Counted from the first letter of the stretch, positions 18,498-28,288 are shown. The stretch: 64,000 nucleotides of DNA from a virus (IMGVR_UViG_3300028833_000083:62114-126113); one strand, 5' to 3'. Numbers and translations are program-made. Notes: generated by a model not told the origin, from the letters alone.

Positions 18498-19184
18498 ATG
18501 GGCGTAAAAAATTTTGTCGATTATGATAACGCGCAAGCGATAACTAATAAAATTGCACAGAAAATTAATGCACTTGGCGGTGCTTATATTTTTAAGGGAT
18601 CAATACCTTTTGCAAGTTTACCAGCTACTATCACATCTGATATGGCTGGATATACTTATAATATTACTAACGACTTCACAACTGACGCTCGTTTCGTAGA
18701 GGGTGCTGGTTTTGATTATAAGGCTGGAACTAATGTATCTGTTGCTGACTTATCTACCTATGTCGAGGTTACTCCCGTAGGATCAGAAAGCCCCGCAACT
18801 GAGGGTTGGTATGAGCTGGTTAATAATAAGTATATCCCCAGTACCGATGCTGAAGTAGTATCTGGTAAAACTTATTACGCAAGGACTTCCAGTGTTAAGT
18901 TTGATATTGTCGGAAGTTTCTTTGATATGGATGCAATAAACGATAGGATAGACGGTGCCGAAGGAATGGTTGCTCCTGAGTTTGATCAAACTCAAGCATA
19001 TGCAATTGGCGCAATTGTAACTCATGAAGATGGATTATACAAATTCAAAGCTGCTCACGTTGCAAACACAGCTTGGAATTCTTCTGAAGTTGATGAGACT
19101 GCTATTACCGATCTTATTTCATCCGCTGAACCTGATTCACTTACCAACGAACAAGTTGCGGCACTCATTGCAATTCTCAACTAA
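18498..19184 (+). CDS. Fibre/decoration protein with a CBM5/12-like module
   Basis: YIFKGS..., FDQTQAYAIGAIVTHEDGLYKF; C-terminal LTNEQVAAL. Confidence 0.65.
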   Translation: MGVKNFVDYDNAQAITNKIAQKINALGGAYIFKGSIPFASLPATITSDMAGYTYNITNDFTTDARFVEGAGFDYKAGTNVSVADLSTYVEVTPVGSESPATEGWYELVNNKYIPSTDAEVVSGKTYYARTSSVKFDIVGSFFDMDAINDRIDGAEGMVAPEFDQTQAYAIGAIVTHEDGLYKFKAAHVANTAWNSSEVDETAITDLISSAEPDSLTNEQVAALIAILN

Positions 19185-19194
19185 TGAATAATTG

Positions 19195-19223
19195 TAAGGG
19201 GCTAGGTTAATCTTAGCCCCTTA
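19195..19223 (+). terminator. Terminator-like hairpin
   Basis: TAAGGGGCTAGG-ttaat-CTTAGCCCCTTA after the stop at 19184. Confidence 0.65.
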
Positions 19224-19299
19224 TTAAGAATGGGAATTATTATTAGAGTTATCCGCAGATAGTTGTAATAATAATTTTTATTCTAGAAAGGAGGAAATT

Positions 19300-19473
19300 A
19301 TGGGAGTTATAAAATATGGCGACGTCGAATATAGTGGCGGCGGCGAAGGAGATACTGTAACTTGGACACAGACCCAAGCAACTGGCACTAAGATCGCGGA
19401 GATCACTATTAACGGAGTAACGCAAAATGTATATATTCCTGAATTACCTCAGGCAGAAGGTGAGAGTGTATAA
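19300..19473 (+). CDS. Small fibre-associated protein (57 aa)
   Basis: AAGGAGG RBS; MGVIKYGDVEYSGGG...; TAATG coupling to the next gene; paralog of 8227. Confidence 0.7.
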   Translation: MGVIKYGDVEYSGGGEGDTVTWTQTQATGTKIAEITINGVTQNVYIPELPQAEGESV

Positions 19474-21347
19474 TGGCAAAATGGCAAATAAATAGCGAAA
19501 CACTTGTAGACATAGCTGATGCTGTTCGTGCAAAACGAGGAACTTCTGCTCCTATACAAGTTAGCGATCTAGCAGATGAAATTGCACTTATCAATGGTGA
19601 TGGTTTACTTAGAGATAGACTTATCATTCCCGATAAATATAATACTGGATGTCATGGTCAGTTAAAAAAATTTGATCCAAGTACCGATACAAGTGGTATA
19701 GGTTGGAGAACTGATTTAAACGATGTTATTGGCATTGATTTTAATAAGCCTGCATCGACCCAAAATCTTACCGACAATCAAATTATTATATTTCAGGATT
19801 ATGATTTTACCACTTATAAAAGTTTTTCTTTTATGAATATGAACGCTTACACCACAGATAAAAGTTATTATAAAGATAATCTTACTTTTGTATTTATTAA
19901 TTGTCTATTTATAACGGCATATCAAAATGGTGCAATTCCTCAAGATACAAAAATTAATTTTATATTTTGTAATTGTACCGCCAACAAAATAGGCATTAGT
20001 GGTTTTGTGGATAGGTGTTTACTTGGTAATGTAACATTTTTCCAGTCAATACGTGAGGATTATGTGCCCGATGGAGATCCGCTTAATCCGTCCAGTCCTT
20101 TCGTAATTAAAAATAGTTATATAATGGACGTAGAAGCTCATACGGCTGAAACTGGAGCAGGACATATAGATGGTCTTCAAATTAGTACTGGAGGAGGACA
20201 TGACCAATTAGTATATAATTGTCGTTTTGAATGTTTTGATATGCCTTATGATCATTCCCAAGGAGGCTGGTCATATAGTATGTTTTGGGAAGGCACTGTA
20301 ACAGATAGCACAATTATGTATTGTATTTTTCATGGTGGTGGTTACTATGGTACATCTTTGAAAAAAGCCGACAATCAAATCCTACGTGATAATTTAATTT
20401 CTGGAGAATATCATATGGATGCAAATGGTTCTGAATCTCAATGGAATAGAGCCTGCTATCCCAATGAGAACAACTGGCAAATGAGTGACGGATGGGCGGA
20501 TTATATCAGCACACTTCTCGTATCCTCGGTTTGGGTCGAAGATAACATGATTAAAATCTGTTATTCCAATGATATGCACTCAACAAGAACTATGAGAATA
20601 GTTGATAATAATGGACAAGTAACTACCGTATCAGTTCCTGCTTGCCCTATAAGGGTTACCGCAGAAACAGAAGGTATCACGCAGTGGTCTGATTTACCAT
20701 TTGATCGTGTTGTGGAGATAAGTGCAACTGGTGTCGATAGTATTAATATATATGATGGCAATACTCTTGTAAGAACATTTACAGTAAATACTGCAGGCAG
20801 TATTAGTAACACGGCAGAAAAAAATATTACACAAAATGGAACCTATATAGCAAGTGCTGAAGGTCTTGATGGTTATTCAAAAGTCAATGTTTCAATTGAT
20901 GCACCTACGGGCACTCTTGAAATTGGTCAAAATGGCACATTTGATGTTGCACAATATGCCAGTGCATTAGTTAATGTTACTAGTGGTGGATATTCATATT
21001 TGACCATTCAAGATATCACACCCGCAGAAGATTTAACAGTACTTGAAATAAATATTGATACTACTAAAACTCTTAATGCGTTGCTTGTGTATGATACAAA
21101 TCGTACAACACTTCAAGCATATACATTCAATGATTTTGTAATAATGAGTGCGCCAACTAATAGTAGTAGTCCTTGGCAAGCATGCTGCGGTTCAAGTAGT
21201 TACAATGGAACATATGGGTTTACTATTAATAATATACCAACATGGAGCGTTGATACTACACTTGGAGTAATTAGCCTCGGCCCCAAGAATAAATACTATT
21301 GGAGGGCTGGTAGAACTTACAGAGTGATGCTTATATATTCAGAATAA
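19473..21347 (+). CDS. Fibre/spike with a right-handed beta-helix (polysaccharide lyase-like) domain
   Basis: N-terminal LVDIADAVRAK fibre-anchor motif; stacked F.NC/IKNS/YNC repeats; GHIDGLQ; ITQNGTY repeats. Confidence 0.6.
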   Translation: MAKWQINSETLVDIADAVRAKRGTSAPIQVSDLADEIALINGDGLLRDRLIIPDKYNTGCHGQLKKFDPSTDTSGIGWRTDLNDVIGIDFNKPASTQNLTDNQIIIFQDYDFTTYKSFSFMNMNAYTTDKSYYKDNLTFVFINCLFITAYQNGAIPQDTKINFIFCNCTANKIGISGFVDRCLLGNVTFFQSIREDYVPDGDPLNPSSPFVIKNSYIMDVEAHTAETGAGHIDGLQISTGGGHDQLVYNCRFECFDMPYDHSQGGWSYSMFWEGTVTDSTIMYCIFHGGGYYGTSLKKADNQILRDNLISGEYHMDANGSESQWNRACYPNENNWQMSDGWADYISTLLVSSVWVEDNMIKICYSNDMHSTRTMRIVDNNGQVTTVSVPACPIRVTAETEGITQWSDLPFDRVVEISATGVDSINIYDGNTLVRTFTVNTAGSISNTAEKNITQNGTYIASAEGLDGYSKVNVSIDAPTGTLEIGQNGTFDVAQYASALVNVTSGGYSYLTIQDITPAEDLTVLEINIDTTKTLNALLVYDTNRTTLQAYTFNDFVIMSAPTNSSSPWQACCGSSSYNGTYGFTINNIPTWSVDTTLGVISLGPKNKYYWRAGRTYRVMLIYSE

Positions 21348-21396
21348 TTTTATGCAAGGGGAGAGAGTAAAATTTCTCCTCTTGTTTACGTATAAT

Positions 21397-21441
21397 GAAA
21401 GGAGGGTTGCCCAACATGGCGACAAAAAAGCAGCGGGCAAC
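21397..21441 (+). repeat. Degenerate copy of the portal RBS/start region (26565-26610), opening a 28-codon ORF 21416..21502
   Basis: GAAAGGAGG(G)TTGCC..ATGGCGAC.AAAA..AAGCAGCGGGCAAC is present at both sites. Confidence 0.75.
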
Positions 21442-21582
21442 ACCAGCAGAAACTGTTAACGCGTTAATTCAGAACCTTAGATTCCAACTTACAAATAATT
21501 AAAATTGTGGAGAGAGGCATAGTCCTCTCTCCAGATATTGTCTCCCTCGTCTGGCAGGGAAAAATAATTAAGGAGGGAGAAA

Positions 21583-22893
21583 ATGAATTTTTCAAATTAT
21601 CAAAATCTTCGTGATTTATTTACGGCGATTAAGGTCAAGTTTACGAACAGACCTGAAACGATAGAAATTTCTCAAGCGGATTATAATGCATTAACTCCTG
21701 CACAGAAAACTGACAAGACAAAAGTTTACTATATATATGATGCAGAGAGCGGCGGTAATACGCTTGCTGGATTATCTGATACAAGTATCACTAATCCGTC
21801 AAATAAACAAGTGCTTAGTTATAATAGCACTACATCAAAATGGGAAAATACAGCACCTCCAGCAAGTGGTGGGGTTACAGATGTTGAAGTAAACGGAACA
21901 TCTGTAGTTGATGCACAAGGCGTTGCGAATCTTACAATAACAATGCCAAGTGTTGAAAATCTAAACAATGTAGATGTTACAGATATTACAAATGGTCAGG
22001 TGCTTAAATATAATTCTACCACTCAAAAATGGGAAAACGCCAATGAGAGTGGCGGAGGCGGTGGAAGCTCTACACTTGGAGGACTTGATGATGTTACTAT
22101 TTCGTCTCCTGCAGCTGGTAATATATTGGCTTATGACGGAGAAAAATGGATTAACTATAATGCGTCAAGCAATGGTATGTTTATAGCAGCATATGGTAAA
22201 TCAACCTATGCTGAAATACTTGCAGCCTATAACTCTCATATGATTGTGTACTGTAGAGCAAGTTCTGGTAGCAACCCTGCAAGTGGTGCACAAACAAGAA
22301 TGGCGTTTATGGCATACGTTAATAACGAGACAACGCCAACCGAATTTGAGTTTCAGTATTACAGATCTGTTTCTACGCATAGCGATTCACAGCAGGGCGA
22401 TCAAGTATTCGTATATAAGATAAATAGTACTGGCAACTGGTCAGTCACAACTCGTAACACATTTACCAAAATTAAAGCTGGTACTAATATGACCAGTAGT
22501 TATAGTGATGGTACATTAACATTGAATAGCACTGCAAGTGGAGGAACAACCGTCGTTGCTAATCCCTCAGGAACTGCTAGTGCCGATTTGAATAAATTAC
22601 AAGTTGGTAGCTCTATATATGGAATACCGCAGCCAACAGCTAATCCTTCTGGCACGGCTTCGGCTGATTTAACCAAACTGCAAATAGGAAGCACCATATA
22701 TTCCATATCAGGAGCAACGGCAAATCCTTCTGGTACAGCAACTGATAATTTAACAAAAATTCAAATAGGCAATACTATATATGCAATTCCAAGTGCGAAT
22801 CTTGGAGATGTAGATAATTTTGTTTTAGTAAATGACCTTCCGTCTGATGCGGCAAGCCATCCTAGAACAATGTATTTAATTACAGAGGAATGA
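21583..22893 (+). CDS. Modular fibre-like protein
   Basis: ISQADYNAL motif; three L..L.DV/S..T...L.Y...KW.N modules; three ANPSGTA..L.K.Q.G..IY repeats. Confidence 0.7.
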   Translation: MNFSNYQNLRDLFTAIKVKFTNRPETIEISQADYNALTPAQKTDKTKVYYIYDAESGGNTLAGLSDTSITNPSNKQVLSYNSTTSKWENTAPPASGGVTDVEVNGTSVVDAQGVANLTITMPSVENLNNVDVTDITNGQVLKYNSTTQKWENANESGGGGGSSTLGGLDDVTISSPAAGNILAYDGEKWINYNASSNGMFIAAYGKSTYAEILAAYNSHMIVYCRASSGSNPASGAQTRMAFMAYVNNETTPTEFEFQYYRSVSTHSDSQQGDQVFVYKINSTGNWSVTTRNTFTKIKAGTNMTSSYSDGTLTLNSTASGGTTVVANPSGTASADLNKLQVGSSIYGIPQPTANPSGTASADLTKLQIGSTIYSISGATANPSGTATDNLTKIQIGNTIYAIPSANLGDVDNFVLVNDLPSDAASHPRTMYLITEE

Positions 22894-22903
22894 GAGGTAT
22901 AAT

Positions 22904-25900
22904 ATGTCTATGTATGCTGGGACAAATTATGTCCCTAAAATATTTATTGGAAATAAAAAAGTCAATGAAATGTACGTAGGCAATGATAAAAAATTTCATT
23001 TCGTTGACACTTTAAAAAGATGCACATCAAATCAAAAACCACAAATAAGAACTGCTTTTGTTACTAAGTTTCAGCAGGGTTACGAATTTGAATTTTGGAC
23101 AAACGGCACCTACATATATTATTCTGAAAAATCTAGTAATAAAAATTATGTGTACAATCCGAATAAAAACATGTGGGAAACCGTGTCAACTAGTGGACTT
23201 TCTAATTATTGTGGAAGTTATGTTTGGACGGATGGAACTAATACATATTATTCATATAACGGAAATAATAAAGTACTGTCTTCCGCCAATCTTACCAATG
23301 TATCATGGAGCACTAAAACTTGGAGTGGACTTAGCAATATTAGCGGTTCTCACGTTTGGACTGACGGAGCCAATATATATTACTCGTCTGCAACTAATCA
23401 ATATGTATTAAACAAATCTACTAACACATGGAGTACAAAAACTTGGAAGGGCTTAACCAATTTTTATGGCGCTGGCGTTTGGCAAGATTTTGATGGCAAT
23501 ATTTATTATTCTAACGATAATGATCAATATGTTCTAAATAAAGAAACTGGCACTTGGTCTGCTAAGACATGGACGGGACTTACATCATTTAAGGCTAGAT
23601 TTATTTGGGACGATGGTGAAGATATTTATTGTTCTGGAAGTTTGTGGAATGTTGGCCAGTATAAATTAAATAAAACTACTGGCAACTGGGATTCTATAAC
23701 ATGGAACGGATATAATAATATTGACGCTGACGATATTTGGAAGAGTGGAAATAATATATATTTTACTTCAAATATTGCAACATACTTATACGATAAGCAA
23801 AATGCGTCTTGGAATCAAGTTCCTATGTTTGTAACAGCGAACTTGCCTTTTGATTTGCAGTCTAGCTATGTGTGGAAAGATGCCGATGATAACACGTATA
23901 TAACCCATGATCGTGTAAGTTATAAATTAGACAAAACCACTAATACATGGGAACAGATAACGTGGAATGGCATGACTCCAAGTGACGGACAGTATGCATG
24001 GACTGATGGAATAGATACATATTATTCCGAAGATGGCGGACAATATATATTAAATAAAGCCACTAATACATGGACTAGAAAAAATTGGATTTTTCCTAGT
24101 GAATATTCTGAAAATTATTCTTATATAGATGGTAACGAAATATGGATTGACGGAACGGATATTTATTATTCTAGGGGACAAGGAAGTTACTCCTCTCCTT
24201 GCTATACGTTTAAACTTAATAAGGCCACTGATACATGGAATAGAGTGGATATGGACTGGGCTGGAGTTGGTATTTTTGGTTTTGGCGCTTGGACAGATGG
24301 AACCAATACGTATTTTTCTGGTTCTGATGGTTATAATAATGATTGTCAATATGTTTTCAACAAAACGACGCGCAAGTGGGATAAAAAAACATGGAATGGT
24401 TATAGTTATATTGTGGGTGGTGATGTATGGACTGACGGTGACAATATTTATTATTCTCATGGATCAGCACAATATGTATTAAATAAAAATACCAGTACAT
24501 GGACAACAAAAACATGGAAGGGTTATACTTCTTTTTATGGTAATGAGGTGTGGAAAAGTCCTAATGGTAATATTTATCTTAAGAGTGATTATGTTTTAAG
24601 TAAATCCACAAGCACATGGCAGCCAATTACTTGGAAAGTGCTTTCTCTTATGGACGATCTAACTGTTTCTTGTATTTGGACAGATGGAGCCAATACGTAT
24701 TATTCATATCCAGTTTCTGGAAATGGGCAATACGTATTAGATAGCGTCACGCGTAAATGGAACGAAATAACATGGGGTGGACATAACGATCTTTATGGTG
24801 AATATATTTGGACAGATACTAGAGGAAATATTTATTATTCCGCTAATTCGACACATTATGTGTTAGATCAGTCTACTAATACGTGGAATAATAAAACTTG
24901 GAATGGACTTACTAATTTTGATGGTTCTTGGGCATGGAATGATGGAGTTAATGTTTATTTGGAAAGTGTAGACGGAGATAAACAGTATATATTGGATCAA
25001 ACTACGGATACATGGAATTTAAACATTTCTTATCCTAGATTGTATTATATATGGTATTCCAATATCTGGACAGACGGCGTAAATCATTATTATTCTTCAG
25101 GTAGTAATCAGTATATTTTTAATAGTCAAAATAATAGATGGGATTCAAAAACGTGGAATGGACTTACTAATTTTGACGGTATGTATGTGTGGACTGATGG
25201 TACGAATATTTATTATTCTTATAATAATAATCAATATGTATTAAATAAAAATACTAGTACATGGACAAAGGTTACATGGAATATTAATATTACATATGGA
25301 AATAGTGTATGGACTGACGGAAATAATGTCTACTACAATTTCTATAATGGAACCGCCAGTGCATTTATGTTGGACAAAACAAATAATCTATGGGTTTCAA
25401 TAGATTTTTATGGATCTCCAACAACAATGTCTAGTTTTGACACAGTACAAGTCTGGAACGATAGTGAGCGTTCTTATATAAAAAATACCCATGAATTATT
25501 TGATGAACAAAATCATATATGGAGAGCAGTAAATATAAAAGTTCCAGTATATATAAACAATCCAGTTGGTGGTCTTAGTAATTATTTTAATAATCATGGA
25601 ATATGGCATGACGGTAACGATACATATTGGTCTGGACTTTTAGATCAGGATTTCTATCATAGTTATGATATGCTACGTACCTATAAATGGAATAAGAATC
25701 TTTACGCTTGGGAATTGGTAGATATAGGAGCTCCGATTTTAGGAGACAATATATTTTACATAGACGACGATATGTATTGTGGTTCTAAATACAAATATGA
25801 TAAGACATTAAAGAAGTGGATATATTTTCCTATGTATGGAGTTAATGGATATAATTATATAAGTGCCCCTGCAATATGGAAAAATGAAGGTAATACATAT

Positions 25901-26206
25901 CTTTATGATCTCGTATTGGACAAAACCACAAAACAATGGACGACAAAAACATGGTACGGGCTTGATGAAGGTACTTATTTTGTCGGTGGAGGATACATAT
26001 GGACAGATCTTAACGGTATTACTTATTATAGTGCTGGAGAAGTCGACAAGCAATATGTGCTAGACCCCACAACAAGTAGATGGAATAAGAAAAAATGGAT
26101 TAATCAAAGTCCCTCTTATGATTTGATCTATGGAGGAAATTATATGGCCGTTACCGAAGACGGGCCGTATTCATGTTATGGTAATAAGTATAAATTTACT
26201 ACGTAA
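22904..26206 (+). CDS. Trp-rich repeat protein (beta-propeller/solenoid-like adhesin)
   Basis: About two dozen ~38-42-aa repeats WTDG.N.YYS....QYVL.K.T.TW..KTW.G. Confidence 0.75.
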   Translation: MSMYAGTNYVPKIFIGNKKVNEMYVGNDKKFHFVDTLKRCTSNQKPQIRTAFVTKFQQGYEFEFWTNGTYIYYSEKSSNKNYVYNPNKNMWETVSTSGLSNYCGSYVWTDGTNTYYSYNGNNKVLSSANLTNVSWSTKTWSGLSNISGSHVWTDGANIYYSSATNQYVLNKSTNTWSTKTWKGLTNFYGAGVWQDFDGNIYYSNDNDQYVLNKETGTWSAKTWTGLTSFKARFIWDDGEDIYCSGSLWNVGQYKLNKTTGNWDSITWNGYNNIDADDIWKSGNNIYFTSNIATYLYDKQNASWNQVPMFVTANLPFDLQSSYVWKDADDNTYITHDRVSYKLDKTTNTWEQITWNGMTPSDGQYAWTDGIDTYYSEDGGQYILNKATNTWTRKNWIFPSEYSENYSYIDGNEIWIDGTDIYYSRGQGSYSSPCYTFKLNKATDTWNRVDMDWAGVGIFGFGAWTDGTNTYFSGSDGYNNDCQYVFNKTTRKWDKKTWNGYSYIVGGDVWTDGDNIYYSHGSAQYVLNKNTSTWTTKTWKGYTSFYGNEVWKSPNGNIYLKSDYVLSKSTSTWQPITWKVLSLMDDLTVSCIWTDGANTYYSYPVSGNGQYVLDSVTRKWNEITWGGHNDLYGEYIWTDTRGNIYYSANSTHYVLDQSTNTWNNKTWNGLTNFDGSWAWNDGVNVYLESVDGDKQYILDQTTDTWNLNISYPRLYYIWYSNIWTDGVNHYYSSGSNQYIFNSQNNRWDSKTWNGLTNFDGMYVWTDGTNIYYSYNNNQYVLNKNTSTWTKVTWNINITYGNSVWTDGNNVYYNFYNGTASAFMLDKTNNLWVSIDFYGSPTTMSSFDTVQVWNDSERSYIKNTHELFDEQNHIWRAVNIKVPVYINNPVGGLSNYFNNHGIWHDGNDTYWSGLLDQDFYHSYDMLRTYKWNKNLYAWELVDIGAPILGDNIFYIDDDMYCGSKYKYDKTLKKWIYFPMYGVNGYNYISAPAIWKNEGNTYLYDLVLDKTTKQWTTKTWYGLDEGTYFVGGGYIWTDLNGITYYSAGEVDKQYVLDPTTSRWNKKKWINQSPSYDLIYGGNYMAVTEDGPYSCYGNKYKFTT

Positions 26207-26226
26207 AATTTTAGGTAGTGTGGTAC

Positions 26227-26328
26227 TGCATGGTGGCGGAATAGGTAGACGCTAGAGATCGATTTCTAGAATCGAGAGGTAGGCACAACGCCAGTGTCTA
26301 TGCAAGGTGCGAATCCTTGCCCATGCAT
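26227..26328 (+). tRNA. Atypical tRNA-like gene, apparent anticodon CUA (amber)
   Basis: TGCATGG/CCATGCA acceptor; Leu-type D-arm; TCGAT-TT[CTA]GA-ATCGA; long variable arm; GCAAGG-TGCGAAT-CCTTGC T-arm; spacing is non-canonical. Confidence 0.55.
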
Positions 26329-26361
26329 TTATAATTTTTAAAAATTAAAGGAGGCACGATT

Positions 26362-26559
26362 ATGATTGTCAATAGAAAGTGTAATGCGGACTACGTATCT
26401 ACTTGGGAAATATATGGCGAGAGTTCTGAAATCAAGCCTACTGTTGCAAATGGTGCGGAAGAGATCGCGCCCGACAAGAGTATATTCGTAGAGTTAGATA
26501 CTGGCGATGCTTATTATTACAATACCGCTAATGATACTTGGAAACCCATGGGCGGCTGA
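26362..26559 (+). CDS. Small virion-associated protein
   Basis: AAGGAGG RBS; KPT...ELDTGDAYYY...W pattern. Confidence 0.6.
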   Translation: MIVNRKCNADYVSTWEIYGESSEIKPTVANGAEEIAPDKSIFVELDTGDAYYYNTANDTWKPMGG

Positions 26560-26580
26560 TGAAAGAAAGGAGGTTGCCTA

Positions 26581-28104
26581 ATGGCGACTAAAACCAAAGC
26601 AGCGGGCAACGTCCGCACGGCGGCAGAGATTAAGAATAAAATAAACGACGACTCTAATATCAACGAGTTGTTGTTTAAGAAAGCACAAGAAACTCTGCTC
26701 AAAATTAAAGACCCAAATAAGAACGACATTCAAAATATCATTGGCAAAGATAGGCGACTGATTAGACAATATCTTCAGAACCCTGCTAACAATGAGACTA
26801 ACCTTATAACTTCGGCAAGGTACTTGTATTATAGGACTCAGATATTCTTTAGACTTGTTAATTTCTATGCCGATATGTTTGATTTTAGATGCAGACAAGT
26901 CATTCCTAATTTTACACTTACCAAGCAAAATAAGGAAAGTAAAATACTTAAGCAATATAATGACACATTAAACTGGCTGGATATTTATGATATTCAGAGC
27001 ATTATGTTGCCCGCACTTATTCGAGTGTTCAGAGAAGATGTATACTACGGCATATTCTATCGTGATGATACTGGCAGTATACTATACCCTCTTGATCCTT
27101 CGTGGTGTAAAATCGATGGGATATATTCGTCTCACGATTTTTCATACGCAGTAGATATGAGTAAGTTTAAGAACCAGACACAGCAAGAGTTATTGCAGTG
27201 GTTAGGGGATCCTTTACTTTCTATGTACCGCGAATATGAAAGAACTGGTGAGAAGTGGATTCATATGGATGATCAGTATGCGGCTTGTTTCAAATTTCGT
27301 ACTGATGACATCGCACATATACTTCCTCCGCTTATGCCTATATTCCAGCAGCTTGCAGCGCTTAATGATCTTGCAGATTTGCAAGCCATTGCTGATGAAT
27401 TAAATGTGTATAAATTATTACTTATACCAATGGAGACAATTAGTGGTAGTAAACGTAGTGATGACTTTGAAGTATCACCCGATTTGATGCTCGGCTATTA
27501 CGAGAAGATGCTTGAAAATCTTCCAGACTATATATCCGCAGCACTTATACCCGCAGACGTAGATAAAGATAACGTGCTTGATTTTTCTACTACTTCATCT
27601 GATAAAGATGTAGATAGGCTGGAACAAAGCGAAAAGACATTACTTGGTACTGCTGGTGGTGGTGCCGTGCTTAATGCAAATATGATTACTTCTACTGCGG
27701 CGTTTAAGGCGTGGCTTAAAGCAGAAACCGAATTTGCCATTTCGCCACTTATACCACAGATAGAAGGATTTACTAATCGTATGCTTAAGTATAATGCGTC
27801 TAATCCTTGCACTGTTAAATACTTTGAGGTGTCTGTTTATACAAAAGAAGATGTTCAGGCCACACTGCTTGAATCATGTCAATATGGATTTAGCAACAGA
27901 CTTGCTTATAATACTTTTAATGGTATTAGTGAAAAGGCAACTATGGCGATGAATCTATTAGAGAATACTATCCTTGGACTGCCAGAGAAAATGATTCCCC
28001 TTTCGTCATCATATACTCAAAGTGGTACTAATGATGAAGGCGGCAGACCAAAAACTCCCGATGATGAATTAAGTGATTCGGGTGAGAGAACAAGGAACGA
28101 GTGA
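26581..28104 (+). CDS. Portal protein
   Basis: 507 aa, first gene of the head module; C-terminal IPLSSSYTQSG...GGRP motif of SPbeta-like portals. Confidence 0.8.
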   Translation: MATKTKAAGNVRTAAEIKNKINDDSNINELLFKKAQETLLKIKDPNKNDIQNIIGKDRRLIRQYLQNPANNETNLITSARYLYYRTQIFFRLVNFYADMFDFRCRQVIPNFTLTKQNKESKILKQYNDTLNWLDIYDIQSIMLPALIRVFREDVYYGIFYRDDTGSILYPLDPSWCKIDGIYSSHDFSYAVDMSKFKNQTQQELLQWLGDPLLSMYREYERTGEKWIHMDDQYAACFKFRTDDIAHILPPLMPIFQQLAALNDLADLQAIADELNVYKLLLIPMETISGSKRSDDFEVSPDLMLGYYEKMLENLPDYISAALIPADVDKDNVLDFSTTSSDKDVDRLEQSEKTLLGTAGGGAVLNANMITSTAAFKAWLKAETEFAISPLIPQIEGFTNRMLKYNASNPCTVKYFEVSVYTKEDVQATLLESCQYGFSNRLAYNTFNGISEKATMAMNLLENTILGLPEKMIPLSSSYTQSGTNDEGGRPKTPDDELSDSGERTRNE

Positions 28105-28112
28105 GGTGAAAT

Positions 28113-28283
28113 ATGAAAACGAATTTCATCAAAACAAAAAAGAAGGAGACCGCAGATAAACTTATCAAACTCGGTTTTACATTATTGTTTGAAAGCAATG
28201 GTGAATATATATTTGCCAATGACGGTATAACTACTTTTGATAAGAATGACGAAGTTGAATTCACAAATATGTTATATGGCTAA
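28113..28283 (+). CDS. Small hypothetical protein (56 aa)
   Basis: GAGGTG RBS; MKTNFIKTKKKETADKLIKLGF...; fills the gap between portal and protease. Confidence 0.6.
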   Translation: MKTNFIKTKKKETADKLIKLGFTLLFESNGEYIFANDGITTFDKNDEVEFTNMLYG

Positions 28284-28288
28284 AGGAG

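Noticed and set aside
22904-26206. Diversity-generating retroelement template/variable repeats
   Set aside because: No reverse transcriptase in the window; mismatches between the closest repeats (T/G, T/C) are not adenine-specific
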